In this document: one piece after another, positions 39,602 through 48,534 of the stretch | How the letters are laid out: each line of letters opens with the position of its first letter | How positions within the stretch are numbered: the stretch's first letter is position 1 | Assembly (NCBI GenBank): GCA_965215565.1 | Contig: CBDCDZ010000004.1 | Span: forward strand, 1,536,001 to 1,600,000 | Source: Trueperaceae bacterium | GTDB taxonomy: Bacteria > Deinococcota > Deinococci > Deinococcales > Trueperaceae | Direction: 5' to 3' | Length of the DNA: 64,000 nucleotides | Program-made: the position numbers and the translations under genes | Notes under the pieces: generated by a model | Told to the model about the DNA's origin: nothing | Seen by the model: the letters and a program-made list of their open reading frames with translations, nothing else | Databases searched by the model: none

Positions 39602-42019
39602 ATGTGGCTCTCAAAAAGGTTGGCGCAACTTAAAGGTGCACGCATCGTTACCTTACCGCATCGCCCCGACTTGGGCGTGCAACGTCTCCTTAATGCGTTC
39701 AAGACAGAAGCGAAACCGCTCATGGTCATGGAGCTTGACGAAGCCGACGCTTGTGACGCGCAGGCGCAAGCGCTTAAATTCTCCGACGCGGTGACGAGCG
39801 CACTAGGTGTAACGCTCGTCGCGCCGGGGCTACCCGTCGTCGCCGGTCTCAGAATTTTGGCGGCGTTCGAGGAGATTCACGGCAGACCCACCTATCTACT
39901 TTTCGGCGCTGAGCACGCGCCAGAGCTTGTCGACTTGCTCAGGGGTTCAGACGCCGAGCGCCTCATTCTCGTTTCCAAAACGCCGCTCGAGGTTCCCAAA
40001 GCGGCTCATTTGGACGAAGCTGCGCTCAAGCTCACCGAAGAGGAAGCGTGCGCGCTCGCAGGTGGAATGCTCAGCCGCGAAGAGGTCAGCGTTTTACTTC
40101 AAGAGGCGAACTACGCTTACGAAACCTTTAACCTGGCGCTGCACGATAAAGTAGGGCTGCCTTCACCCCTCATGCCCACCCTATGGGGACCGCAACTCCC
40201 CCCCGGCACGGAGATCGCAGTGTCGCCGGACGAGTTATTAGAAGTGCTCGTCGAGCGTGAGGAGTGGGGACGTGCCCTCGCGCTCGTGGTGCGGCATTTG
40301 CCCGAACGAGCCTCCACCATCCTCTCAGAAGCCGGTCCTCACTTCATCAATCAAGGCTTACACGGACGGCTCTGGCACTATTTGGACCTTCTACCCGCTG
40401 AGTATGAAGACGACACCGTGCTCTTTTGGAAACTCTCTGCGGGCATTCGGCTCAACCGCTACGAGGAGCTTGGGGAGCGCATCCAGGCTCATCTTCAGCG
40501 CCACGAAGCGCCCGAGTTGAGGGCGCTCTACGCGGGCATCTTCCTCACGCATGAAGAAGCGTACGCCGAAGTGCAGCGGGCTGCGCTTTTAGAAACGCCC
40601 TTTACGTTACACATGCAGGGATTTTTTGAAGATGATATCGCAAAGGGCATAAGCTTCCTCAAACGGGCGGTGCGACTTGCCGAGCGTAAAGGGCGAACTG
40701 ATGACGCTGTGCGCAGCGCAGGAACACTCTCTTTACGACTGATGGACGCCGGTTGTTACCGTGAAGCGCTGCACTGGAGCGGTTGGAGTTTAGACCTCTT
40801 CGAGAAGAGCGGCATGAAAGACCTTTCGCGCAAACTCCTGCTCATCAACGACTATGCGTTCGCACGTGTTCTTACAGGTGAAGTGAGCGGGCTAGGTAGT
40901 CTATTAAGCGAGAGCGAGCGCGCTATTGCGGGCATCTTTGATATTTGTGCGGAATTTCTCAGGGAGACTTTAGGTGATTATTATGTCGCCACTGGAGAGG
41001 TCGCAAAAGCTTTGCCCCTCTACCGTCTCATCTACGAAAATGCGTCTCGCGAGGAACTAGGTAGGGGCGGACTCTCTCTCGTCAAAGCGCTGCTGGACCT
41101 AGCGAAGTACGACGAAGCGGCCAGAATAGCAGAACGTATGTATCATCTAACTGAAGACTTAGCACCTATTTATCATCAGCCAGCCGTGCTCGCGCAAGGG
41201 ATGGTTTTATGTTTTACGCATCCGCACAAGAGTAGCAAGATTTTAGGGGAGCTTTTAGAAAATGTTCAACTTCCCGCCTATCTAGAAGCTCGCGCGAGGC
41301 TCTACAGAGCCTACGCGCTTATGGAACTTAACGACGAAGCGTCGGCGCGTACTCAGCTTATGCACGCTTCGCTGAGCGACTTAGCCGAAAGTGGTCTCAG
41401 GTTTTTGTCCGGCCCTGAAGAGCATTTTCGTAACCTCTGGGACACCGTCTTAGGTGAGGTTACTCTGGAGCTTCGCTTTTTGGGGCACCGCGACGTTTGG
41501 CTAGAGGGGAAGCGGCTCGACTTACCTCTCCAGTCGCTCGAGCTTCTAGCTATCTTGGCGCAGTATCCGATGGGCATCAGCTCGGAAAAGCTCGCGCTCG
41601 AGCTTTACGGCGAACGGGGAAACACGAACGCACTATACGTCGCGATCAAAAAGCTGCGTGGGTGGATTCCTGTATCGAACCCACCCTACAGACTCGAGTA
41701 TGAAGTCCGCGCCGACTTTCTCGAGTTTGAAAGGTTCTCGCTTAGTGGAAAGCTCAAGGAGGCAATGACGCTTTATAGAGGCCCACTTTTAGAGGAGGCG
41801 CAAGCTCCCGCAATTGAACATTTACGCGAACATCTCGACGCACAGATATACGAAGCTATGCTCGTTTCGAATGATGTGGATGCGCTGAGCGCTTACAGCG
41901 AGTACGTTGATGACGATCTTGCTGTCTGGGAACGTCTCTTAGAAGTTCTTCCCGCTGGAGACCCACGTACACTTCCAGCGCGCACTAAAGTCAAAGCACT
42001 AGCTCTCGAGTACAGCTAG
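39602..42019 (+). CDS. Large transcriptional regulator: degenerate MalT-like N-terminus, helical (TPR-like) middle, C-terminal wHTH/BTAD-like region
   Basis: LKLTEEEA..L segment; C-terminal LRFLG...LELLAILA..P.G.S.E.L..ELY...LYRGPLL. TATAGT lies 7 nt before the ATG at 39602. Confidence 0.75.
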   Translation: MWLSKRLAQLKGARIVTLPHRPDLGVQRLLNAFKTEAKPLMVMELDEADACDAQAQALKFSDAVTSALGVTLVAPGLPVVAGLRILAAFEEIHGRPTYLLFGAEHAPELVDLLRGSDAERLILVSKTPLEVPKAAHLDEAALKLTEEEACALAGGMLSREEVSVLLQEANYAYETFNLALHDKVGLPSPLMPTLWGPQLPPGTEIAVSPDELLEVLVEREEWGRALALVVRHLPERASTILSEAGPHFINQGLHGRLWHYLDLLPAEYEDDTVLFWKLSAGIRLNRYEELGERIQAHLQRHEAPELRALYAGIFLTHEEAYAEVQRAALLETPFTLHMQGFFEDDIAKGISFLKRAVRLAERKGRTDDAVRSAGTLSLRLMDAGCYREALHWSGWSLDLFEKSGMKDLSRKLLLINDYAFARVLTGEVSGLGSLLSESERAIAGIFDICAEFLRETLGDYYVATGEVAKALPLYRLIYENASREELGRGGLSLVKALLDLAKYDEAARIAERMYHLTEDLAPIYHQPAVLAQGMVLCFTHPHKSSKILGELLENVQLPAYLEARARLYRAYALMELNDEASARTQLMHASLSDLAESGLRFLSGPEEHFRNLWDTVLGEVTLELRFLGHRDVWLEGKRLDLPLQSLELLAILAQYPMGISSEKLALELYGERGNTNALYVAIKKLRGWIPVSNPPYRLEYEVRADFLEFERFSLSGKLKEAMTLYRGPLLEEAQAPAIEHLREHLDAQIYEAMLVSNDVDALSAYSEYVDDDLAVWERLLEVLPAGDPRTLPARTKVKALALEYS

Positions 42020-42035
42020 ATATACAGCACACATT

Positions 42036-42069
42036 AAAAAAGGACTCGGTTTTACATGACCGAGCCCTT
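42036..42069 (-). terminator. Intrinsic terminator for the minus-strand peptide gene
   Basis: AAGG-CTCGGT...ACCGAG-CCTT stem, with T6 on the minus strand. Confidence 0.6.
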
Positions 42070-42081
42070 CGCAAAAACAGT

Positions 42082-42198
42082 TTATCGGCTTGTCGTTTGG
42101 TTTGTACCCGTACTAAAAGCTACTCTACCTGGTCCTGCCAGCGCAACACTGCTAAAAAATAACCCTATCGTCACTGTAGCCACTAAAACTTTACGCAT
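42082..42198 (-). CDS. Unannotated 38-aa secreted peptide MRKVLVATVTIGLFFSSVALAGPGRVAFSTGTNQTTSR
   Basis: GGAGG SD, Sec-type signal peptide with A-L-A cleavage site, downstream terminator. Confidence 0.7.
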   Translation of the reverse strand: MRKVLVATVTIGLFFSSVALAGPGRVAFSTGTNQTTSR

Positions 42199-42414
42199 GA
42201 CATCCTCCCAGATGTGAACTCTGTTTCCGACCTCTTCGGAAAGCTTTCTTAAAATCTAGTTTAATGAAGAGGTCTTAATTCAACCTTAGCGAAGCTGCTA
42301 AGGCGTTACTAAGACAGAAACGTACCTGGAGGTCCTCGAGCTTAGCCGCACGACTAAGCTACTGCTAAGACACCGCAAAGTGGGTACTCCTATACTTGAT
42401 AACAGGAGGACGTT

Positions 42415-42582
42415 ATGAACCAAAACAAGGTTTATCTGGATGAATTTCCCGTCAACGAAGAGGGTCTTTTACTCGTCAACGATTTAGCTCTTATCGAAGC
42501 GCTGCGCCGCCGCGCTGAGCGCCAGAAAGCGGTTAGGAAGACGCAAACCGACGAAAACACGCTGAGCACCAAACCGTCCTAA
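42415..42582 (+). CDS. Unannotated 55-aa protein MNQNKVYLDEFPVNEEG...
   Basis: AGGAGGA SD and TATACT -10 at 42391-42396. Confidence 0.65.
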   Translation: MNQNKVYLDEFPVNEEGLLLVNDLALIEALRRRAERQKAVRKTQTDENTLSTKPS

Positions 42583-42804
42583 GCTCACCCAACCCTAAGC
42601 TCACCTAAGTAGCCCGGCGAAGCGCGATTTTCTTTTGCGCTATCTTGCTGACAACATATTGAAGTAGCCGTTTCACAACGTACCGAGACAGAGCGTCGCT
42701 TTTTGAAAGCCGACGAAGACGAACGTTTTGCCTTCCCTTCGGGAAACTTCGCAAACGAAGGAACCTGCTATGGCCACGCTGACGGTACGAGGGTAAGGCG
42801 CGAT

Positions 42805-43146
42805 TTACGGCGGAGGGTCTAAATCATGATCGCTTGACCTATCATCCGTGGCGTCCTCGTCGGGCGCGAGCACGTAGTAAGCGATGTTGACCGAGAGCAA
42901 GATGAAGGAGAAGAGCCAGAGCGTCGTCGCGACGACGGCGACAACGGTGAGCATCGGCGAGAGCGCCATCTCGCTAGAGAGCCCCGCGACGAACACCGTG
43001 ACGATGCCAGCTAATGCGCCCACGTGAATGACGCTAAGCCCGACAACGACAGCGCGTTTTTCTTTTTTGTCCTCGCCAAGCTCGAGCATCCCCACAGCGC
43101 AACCCTCCACGTCCAGTTTAACCTCTCTTTTTTCGTCTGAATGCAT
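42805..43146 (-). CDS. Small two-TM membrane protein
   Basis: Two hydrophobic segments. Confidence 0.55.
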   Translation of the reverse strand: MHSDEKREVKLDVEGCAVGMLELGEDKKEKRAVVVGLSVIHVGALAGIVTVFVAGLSSEMALSPMLTVVAVVATTLWLFSFILLSVNIAYYVLAPDEDATDDRSSDHDLDPPP

Positions 43147-43244
43147 ATGCGCTCCGGTGTCGAAACGTCATGCCAGAGCGCGTCTCGAGCTGCGAAACGC
43201 GCGGTCAATTTCCAGCACGTTCGCGCGCGTGCTACCATCTAGCT

Positions 43245-44300
43245 ATGAAACGCACGACGCTCTACGACGAACACGTGAAACACGGCGCGCGCATGGTGGA
43301 TTTCGCGGGCTGGGAAATGCCTATCCAGTACCTTACGGGCATCAACCAGGAGCACCTCGCCGTGCGCGAAAGCGTCGGGCTCTTCGACGTGAGCCACATG
43401 GGGGAGGTCCGCATCACGGGTGAGGAAGCCACCGATTTTTTGAGCTACGCGACGCTCAATAATCCCGCCAAGCTCCGCCCAGGTAGGGCGCAGTACTCGA
43501 TGCTCCCCAACGACCAGGGCGGCTTAATCGACGACCTCTACATCTACTGCGAAGGCGAAAGCGAATACCTCGTCGTCTGCAACGCCTCGAACGTGGACGA
43601 GGTCGTACCTCATTTAGAGCAACTTGCTGGAGACTACAACGTAAAGGTCCATAACGAGTCCGAGCGCTGGGGGCTCATGGCGCTGCAAGGTCCGGGCGCG
43701 GCGCTCCTGATGAGCCGCTTGACCGATGAAGACATCACGAGCTTCAAAAAGAACCGCACGCTCAAGACGACGTTGGTGGGTAGAGAGGTCATGCTCGCCC
43801 GCACGGGCTACACGGGCGAGGACGGCTTCGAGATTTTCTGCGAAGCGCAGGATGCGCCGCAGGTGTGGCGGACGCTTACGGACGCAGGCGCGACGCCTTG
43901 CGGGTTGGGCGCGCGCGACACGCTGAGGCTCGAGGCGGGCTTCCCTCTGTTCGGTCACGAGTTTACCGGGTCCACCAACCCGCTCTGCTCCTCTTACGCC
44001 TGGGTGGTCAAAGACAAGCCTTTCTATGGGCGCGAGGCGATGTGGGACCCTGACTGCAAGCGCCAGCTCGTCGGGCTGCGGCTCTTGCAGCGCGGCGTGG
44101 CGCGCCAGGGTTATCACGTGCTTCATGAGGGAGAGATTGTCGGCGAGGTCACGTCGGGCACGATCTCGCCGCTGACCCGCGAGGGCATCGCGGTGGCGTG
44201 GGTGGACGCTGAGCACTGCGAACTCGGCACCACGCTAGCGGTTGAAGTGCGCGGTCAAGGCGTGGACGCTACTGTGGTGAAACCTGCGTTCTACCCCTAG
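43245..44300 (+). CDS. gcvT: Glycine cleavage aminomethyltransferase
   Basis: MKRTTLY..H, FDVSHMGE, RTGYTGEDGFE, GLGARDTLRLEAG. Confidence 0.96.
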   Translation: MKRTTLYDEHVKHGARMVDFAGWEMPIQYLTGINQEHLAVRESVGLFDVSHMGEVRITGEEATDFLSYATLNNPAKLRPGRAQYSMLPNDQGGLIDDLYIYCEGESEYLVVCNASNVDEVVPHLEQLAGDYNVKVHNESERWGLMALQGPGAALLMSRLTDEDITSFKKNRTLKTTLVGREVMLARTGYTGEDGFEIFCEAQDAPQVWRTLTDAGATPCGLGARDTLRLEAGFPLFGHEFTGSTNPLCSSYAWVVKDKPFYGREAMWDPDCKRQLVGLRLLQRGVARQGYHVLHEGEIVGEVTSGTISPLTREGIAVAWVDAEHCELGTTLAVEVRGQGVDATVVKPAFYP

Positions 44301-44491
44301 CCTCTGGACCTCGCACGCGACGGTTCAGTGAAGCGCGAAAATCCACAAACACGCCTTTTGTTACTGCGTATTCACCGATTAAGCATTAGAATTAGGTGTA
44401 TTGATTTTTCTTGTGGAAGCCGCCTCAGGCTTTATGTTCAATATTCACAGTCTCAAAGTACGTATCGGCGCGAGCAAGCGAAGGAGTCAGC

Positions 44492-44872
44492 ATGGAAACC
44501 CCGAAAACTTTGAAGTATAGCGCGACGCACGAGTGGTCCAAGGTGGAGGGTGACACCGTCACGGTGGGCATCACCGACTTCGCGCAAGACCAGCTAGGTG
44601 ATGTGGTGTTCGTGGAGTTGCCCGAGACGGGTAAAACCTTTAGCGCGGGCGACGCGGCAGCCGTCGTCGAGTCGGTCAAGACCGCCTCGGACATTTACGC
44701 GCCCGTCTCCGGCGAGGTGATCGAGGTCAACGAGGGGCTCGAGGATGCCCCCGAAAAGCTCAACGAATCGCCCTACGAAGGCGGCTGGCTCTTCAAACTG
44801 CGCATGTCGGACGAGAGCGAGACCGAGAGTCTGTTAAGCGCCGAAGACTACGAAGCGAAAGCGGAGGAGTAG
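44492..44872 (+). CDS. gcvH: Glycine cleavage H protein
   Basis: [25 protein letters not shown] before the ATG at 44492. Confidence 0.96.
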   Translation: METPKTLKYSATHEWSKVEGDTVTVGITDFAQDQLGDVVFVELPETGKTFSAGDAAAVVESVKTASDIYAPVSGEVIEVNEGLEDAPEKLNESPYEGGWLFKLRMSDESETESLLSAEDYEAKAEE

Positions 44873-44873
44873 C

Positions 44874-46217
44874 GTGAATTATATCCCCCATACGCAAGAG
44901 GACGTCGAACGCGCTCTGCAAGTCATCGGCGTGGCAAGCGTAGACGACCTCTTCGCCGACATCCCCGCAGAACTCCAAAACCCCGATATCAACTTGCCTA
45001 CAGGTTTGGACGAGGTTTCACTGCTGCGCCACCTGAGCAACCTTGCCGCTAAAAATAAGACGGACGGACCCACCTTCTTAGGCGGCGGTCCCCAGGCGCA
45101 CTTCATCCCCTCGGTTACGCCGCACCTCGCCATGCAGAGCGAGTTTGTCACCTCATACACGCCCTACCAGGCGGAGGTGGCGCAGGGGCTCTTGCAAGCC
45201 ACCTTCGAATATCAGACGATGATGAGCGAACTCACGGGCTTGCCGATTTCCAACGCCTCGATGTACGACGGGTCATCGACCGTGGCAGAGGCAGCGCTTT
45301 TAGCAGTGCGGCAAACCAAGCGCGAAAAGGTTGTGGTGAGTCAAGGCGTACACCCTGAGTCCAGAGAAGTGCTCGCGACTTACCTGAAGCCTTTAGGCAT
45401 TGAAATCGAGGAGGTCGCGCTAGACGACCTCGTCACACCGGGCGTCCAAGTCGCGGAGGACGCCGCTTGTCTTATCGCACAAAACCCGAACTTCTTGGGC
45501 TATTTAGAAGCGATGCCCGCCCTCGCTGAAAAGGCCCACGCCGCAGGCGCACTCTTCATCGCCGTGTGTGACCCGCTCTCTCTGGCAGTGCTCAAAGCGC
45601 CGGGCGAGTACGGCGCGGACATGGCGGTGGGCGACGGGCAGACCCTCGGCAACCCGGTCAATTTTGGCGGACCGAACTTCGGCTATATGGTGGTGACGGA
45701 AAAACTGCTGCGCCAGATGCCAGGGCGCTTGGTTGGGCAAACCACGGATGTCGACGGCAAACGCGCCTTCGTACTGACCTTGCAAGCACGCGAGCAACAC
45801 ATCCGCCGCTCGAAAGCGAAGTCGAATATCTGCTCGAACCATCAACTCGCGGCGCTCATGGCGGCGGTGAATATGGCAGCGCTCGGTCCGCAAGGGCTTA
45901 CCGAAGTGGCAACGAAGAGCGTTCAGAACGCGCACGCCTTAGCGGACAAGCTCGCGGAAGTTGGGGTAGAGGTTCTTCCCGGCACCTTCTTCAACGAATT
46001 TGCGGTGCGCTCTCCCCTACCCGCTGCCGAACTCCGCCACCAACTCGCCCAAAGAGGTATCCACGCAGGCGTGCCCGTACCAGAGCATTACGGTTTGGGA
46101 AATGCGGTGCTCTTCTCGGCGACGGAGTTGACCCAGACCGAAGATATAGACGCCCTCATGAACGCTTTACAAACTGTTCTCAAAGATACCCGCCCGCTGG
46201 AGGCCGCCCATGATTAA
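44874..46217 (+). CDS. gcvPA: Glycine dehydrogenase subunit 1
   Basis: YTPYQAEVAQG, NASMYDG, REQHIRR.KA.SNIC. Confidence 0.96.
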   Translation: MNYIPHTQEDVERALQVIGVASVDDLFADIPAELQNPDINLPTGLDEVSLLRHLSNLAAKNKTDGPTFLGGGPQAHFIPSVTPHLAMQSEFVTSYTPYQAEVAQGLLQATFEYQTMMSELTGLPISNASMYDGSSTVAEAALLAVRQTKREKVVVSQGVHPESREVLATYLKPLGIEIEEVALDDLVTPGVQVAEDAACLIAQNPNFLGYLEAMPALAEKAHAAGALFIAVCDPLSLAVLKAPGEYGADMAVGDGQTLGNPVNFGGPNFGYMVVTEKLLRQMPGRLVGQTTDVDGKRAFVLTLQAREQHIRRSKAKSNICSNHQLAALMAAVNMAALGPQGLTEVATKSVQNAHALADKLAEVGVEVLPGTFFNEFAVRSPLPAAELRHQLAQRGIHAGVPVPEHYGLGNAVLFSATELTQTEDIDALMNALQTVLKDTRPLEAAHD

Positions 46218-47685
46218 AGAACGCCCCGCCCCACCTGCCCTTCAGACAGGCGGCGACTTCCCCCTCATCTTCGAACGCTCCAAAGAGGGACGCCGCGCCG
46301 CGCGTCCGCCTGAGCCCGAGGGAGCAACCCTGACGGACCTCATCGGCAGCGAGCACCTACGAGACGCACCGCCTAAGCTCCCCGAAGTCTCCGAGTTGGA
46401 CCTCGTGCGGCACTACACCCAACTCGCGCACCGCCAATTCTCGATTGACGGCAACGTCTACCCGCTCGGCTCCTGTACGATGAAGTACAACCCCAAAGTC
46501 AATGAGGAGACCGCGAAGCTCTTTTCTGAACTGCACCCTTACGCGGACCCCGACTCGGTGCAGGGCGCATTGGAACTGCTCTACAACTTGCAGAATGACC
46601 TCTCGAGCATCACCGGCATGGACGCCATCTCGCTGCAACCCGCCGCCGGAGCGCACGGCGAACTCACGGGTATCCTCATCATCCGCGCCTACCACGAGGC
46701 GAACGGCGAAGGCGAACAGCGCCGCACCGTTATCGTCCCGGACGGCGCACACGGCACGAACCCCGCTACTGCCAAGATGGTGGGCTACGACGTCGTAGAG
46801 GTGCCCACAGGCGAAGACGGCGAGGTGGACTTAGCTGCGTTCAAAGAGGCGCTCGGTCCCGACACCGCCGCCGTGATGCTCACCAACCCCAATACCTTGG
46901 GGCTCTTCGAGACGAACATCTTAGAAATCAGCCGCGCCGCGCACGAAGCGGGCGCACAGCTCTACTACGACGGCGCGAACACGAACGCGATTGTGGGACG
47001 CGCGCGCCCCGGCGACATGGGCTTCGACGTGGTACACCTCAATCTGCACAAGACCTTTACGACGCCGCACGGCGGCGGTGGTCCCGGCACGGGTCCGGTG
47101 GGCGTGAAGGCGCACCTGCGCGACTTCTTGCCTGCGCCGCTCATTAAAAAAGAAGGTGAACGGTTTGACTTCGAGTACGACCTGCCCCAGTCCATTGGGC
47201 GGATGCGTTCGTTCTATGGCAACTTCGGCAACTTGGTGCGGGCGTACACCTACATCCGGGCACTCGGCAAAGAGGGCTTGGAGCAGGTCTCGGGCATGGC
47301 AGTCTTAAACGCCAACTACCTCCGCGTCAAGATGCAAAAGGCGGGCTTTAAGACCGCCTTCGAGCGCATCAATATGCACGAGTTCGTGTCGCAGCCGCCC
47401 GGCGAGTTGAAGACGATGGATATTGCCAAAGCGCTCTTAGATTACGGCGTGCACCCGATGACGGTGTACTTCCCGCTGGTGGTCAAAGAGGCGATGATGG
47501 TGGAGCCCACCGAGACGGAGTCGTTGGAGACGCTCGACGCTTACGCGGACATCCTAGCCGAAGTTTTAGGGCGCGCCGAGGAAGACCCCGAGTTTTTAGA
47601 GCACGCGCCCTACCACACGCCCGTACGTAGGCTCGATGAGGTCACGGCGGCGCGCAAACCCGTGTTGCGGCACACGTTTGAGTAG
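46210..47685 (+). CDS. gcvPB: Glycine dehydrogenase subunit 2
   Basis: PLGSCTMKYNPK, HLNLHKTFTTPHGGGGPG, EPTETE. Confidence 0.96.
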   Translation: MIKERPAPPALQTGGDFPLIFERSKEGRRAARPPEPEGATLTDLIGSEHLRDAPPKLPEVSELDLVRHYTQLAHRQFSIDGNVYPLGSCTMKYNPKVNEETAKLFSELHPYADPDSVQGALELLYNLQNDLSSITGMDAISLQPAAGAHGELTGILIIRAYHEANGEGEQRRTVIVPDGAHGTNPATAKMVGYDVVEVPTGEDGEVDLAAFKEALGPDTAAVMLTNPNTLGLFETNILEISRAAHEAGAQLYYDGANTNAIVGRARPGDMGFDVVHLNLHKTFTTPHGGGGPGTGPVGVKAHLRDFLPAPLIKKEGERFDFEYDLPQSIGRMRSFYGNFGNLVRAYTYIRALGKEGLEQVSGMAVLNANYLRVKMQKAGFKTAFERINMHEFVSQPPGELKTMDIAKALLDYGVHPMTVYFPLVVKEAMMVEPTETESLETLDAYADILAEVLGRAEEDPEFLEHAPYHTPVRRLDEVTAARKPVLRHTFE

Positions 47686-48476
47686 TGCTACCTCTTATCG
47701 TAGCAGTCATGTTTAACGCATGGCTGCTTCCTTTTGAAAATAGATTCGTCTACGTTCCGACGCGCACGCTCACCAAAACGCCGGCAGATTATAACTTGCC
47801 CTTCGAACGCTTGGAGCTGACGACCGCTGACAACACCCGAATCATGGCGTGGGCGCTGCCTCAAGAGAATGAGAACGCCCCTTGGCTCGTGTATTTTCAC
47901 GGCAACGGCGAGAACGTCTCCTCGTATCTGTCCTTTACCTCGCAGATTTACGCGATGGGCGTCAACGTGCTCATGCCCGAGTACCGGGGCTACGGCGAGA
48001 GCGGGGGGCAGCCGAGCGAGGCGGGGCTCTACGAGGACGCGGACGCGAGCTACCACTATCTTATTGATAAAGGCGTGGCACCAGAAAATATCATTCTCTA
48101 CGGCTTCTCACTGGGCTCCGGCGTTGCAACGGACCTTGCGAGTCGCCAAGAGGTGGGCGGGCTCATCCTCGAGGCTGCCTTCACCTCCCTCTTAGACGCC
48201 GCCCGAGCGATTTACCGCTTCGTACCGAACGGCATCATGAGCAACCGCTTCGACTCGTTGGAGAAGATAAGCGATGTAGACGCGCCCACACTCTTTCTGC
48301 ACTCACGCGGCGACTTCACCATCCCCTTCTCGCAAGGGCGCACGCTCTTTGAGGCGGCGAACGAGCCCAAGTTTTTTACTGAGATTCAAGGTGGACATAT
48401 TGCAATGGTGGATGGGACGGTGGACCCGAAAGGGCTCGAGGCGATCGAGGAGTTTTTAGGGCAGTACACGAAGTAG
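47685..48476 (+). CDS. Alpha/beta hydrolase
   Basis: YFHGNGE, YRGYGES, GFSLG. Confidence 0.9.
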   Translation: MLPLIVAVMFNAWLLPFENRFVYVPTRTLTKTPADYNLPFERLELTTADNTRIMAWALPQENENAPWLVYFHGNGENVSSYLSFTSQIYAMGVNVLMPEYRGYGESGGQPSEAGLYEDADASYHYLIDKGVAPENIILYGFSLGSGVATDLASRQEVGGLILEAAFTSLLDAARAIYRFVPNGIMSNRFDSLEKISDVDAPTLFLHSRGDFTIPFSQGRTLFEAANEPKFFTEIQGGHIAMVDGTVDPKGLEAIEEFLGQYTK

Positions 48477-48534
48477 AGAAGAGTGCAAAAGAGCTGTAGA
48501 GGTAGTTCACCTCTGCCTTACTCCAAACCCTGTC

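Noticed and set aside
43147..43244. Glycine riboswitch upstream of gcvT
   Set aside because: No recognisable aptamer, and the -10 box directly precedes the ATG.
48490..48500. AGAGC-TGT resembling TSD plus end
   Set aside because: Wrong side of the element and no end repeats; chance match.
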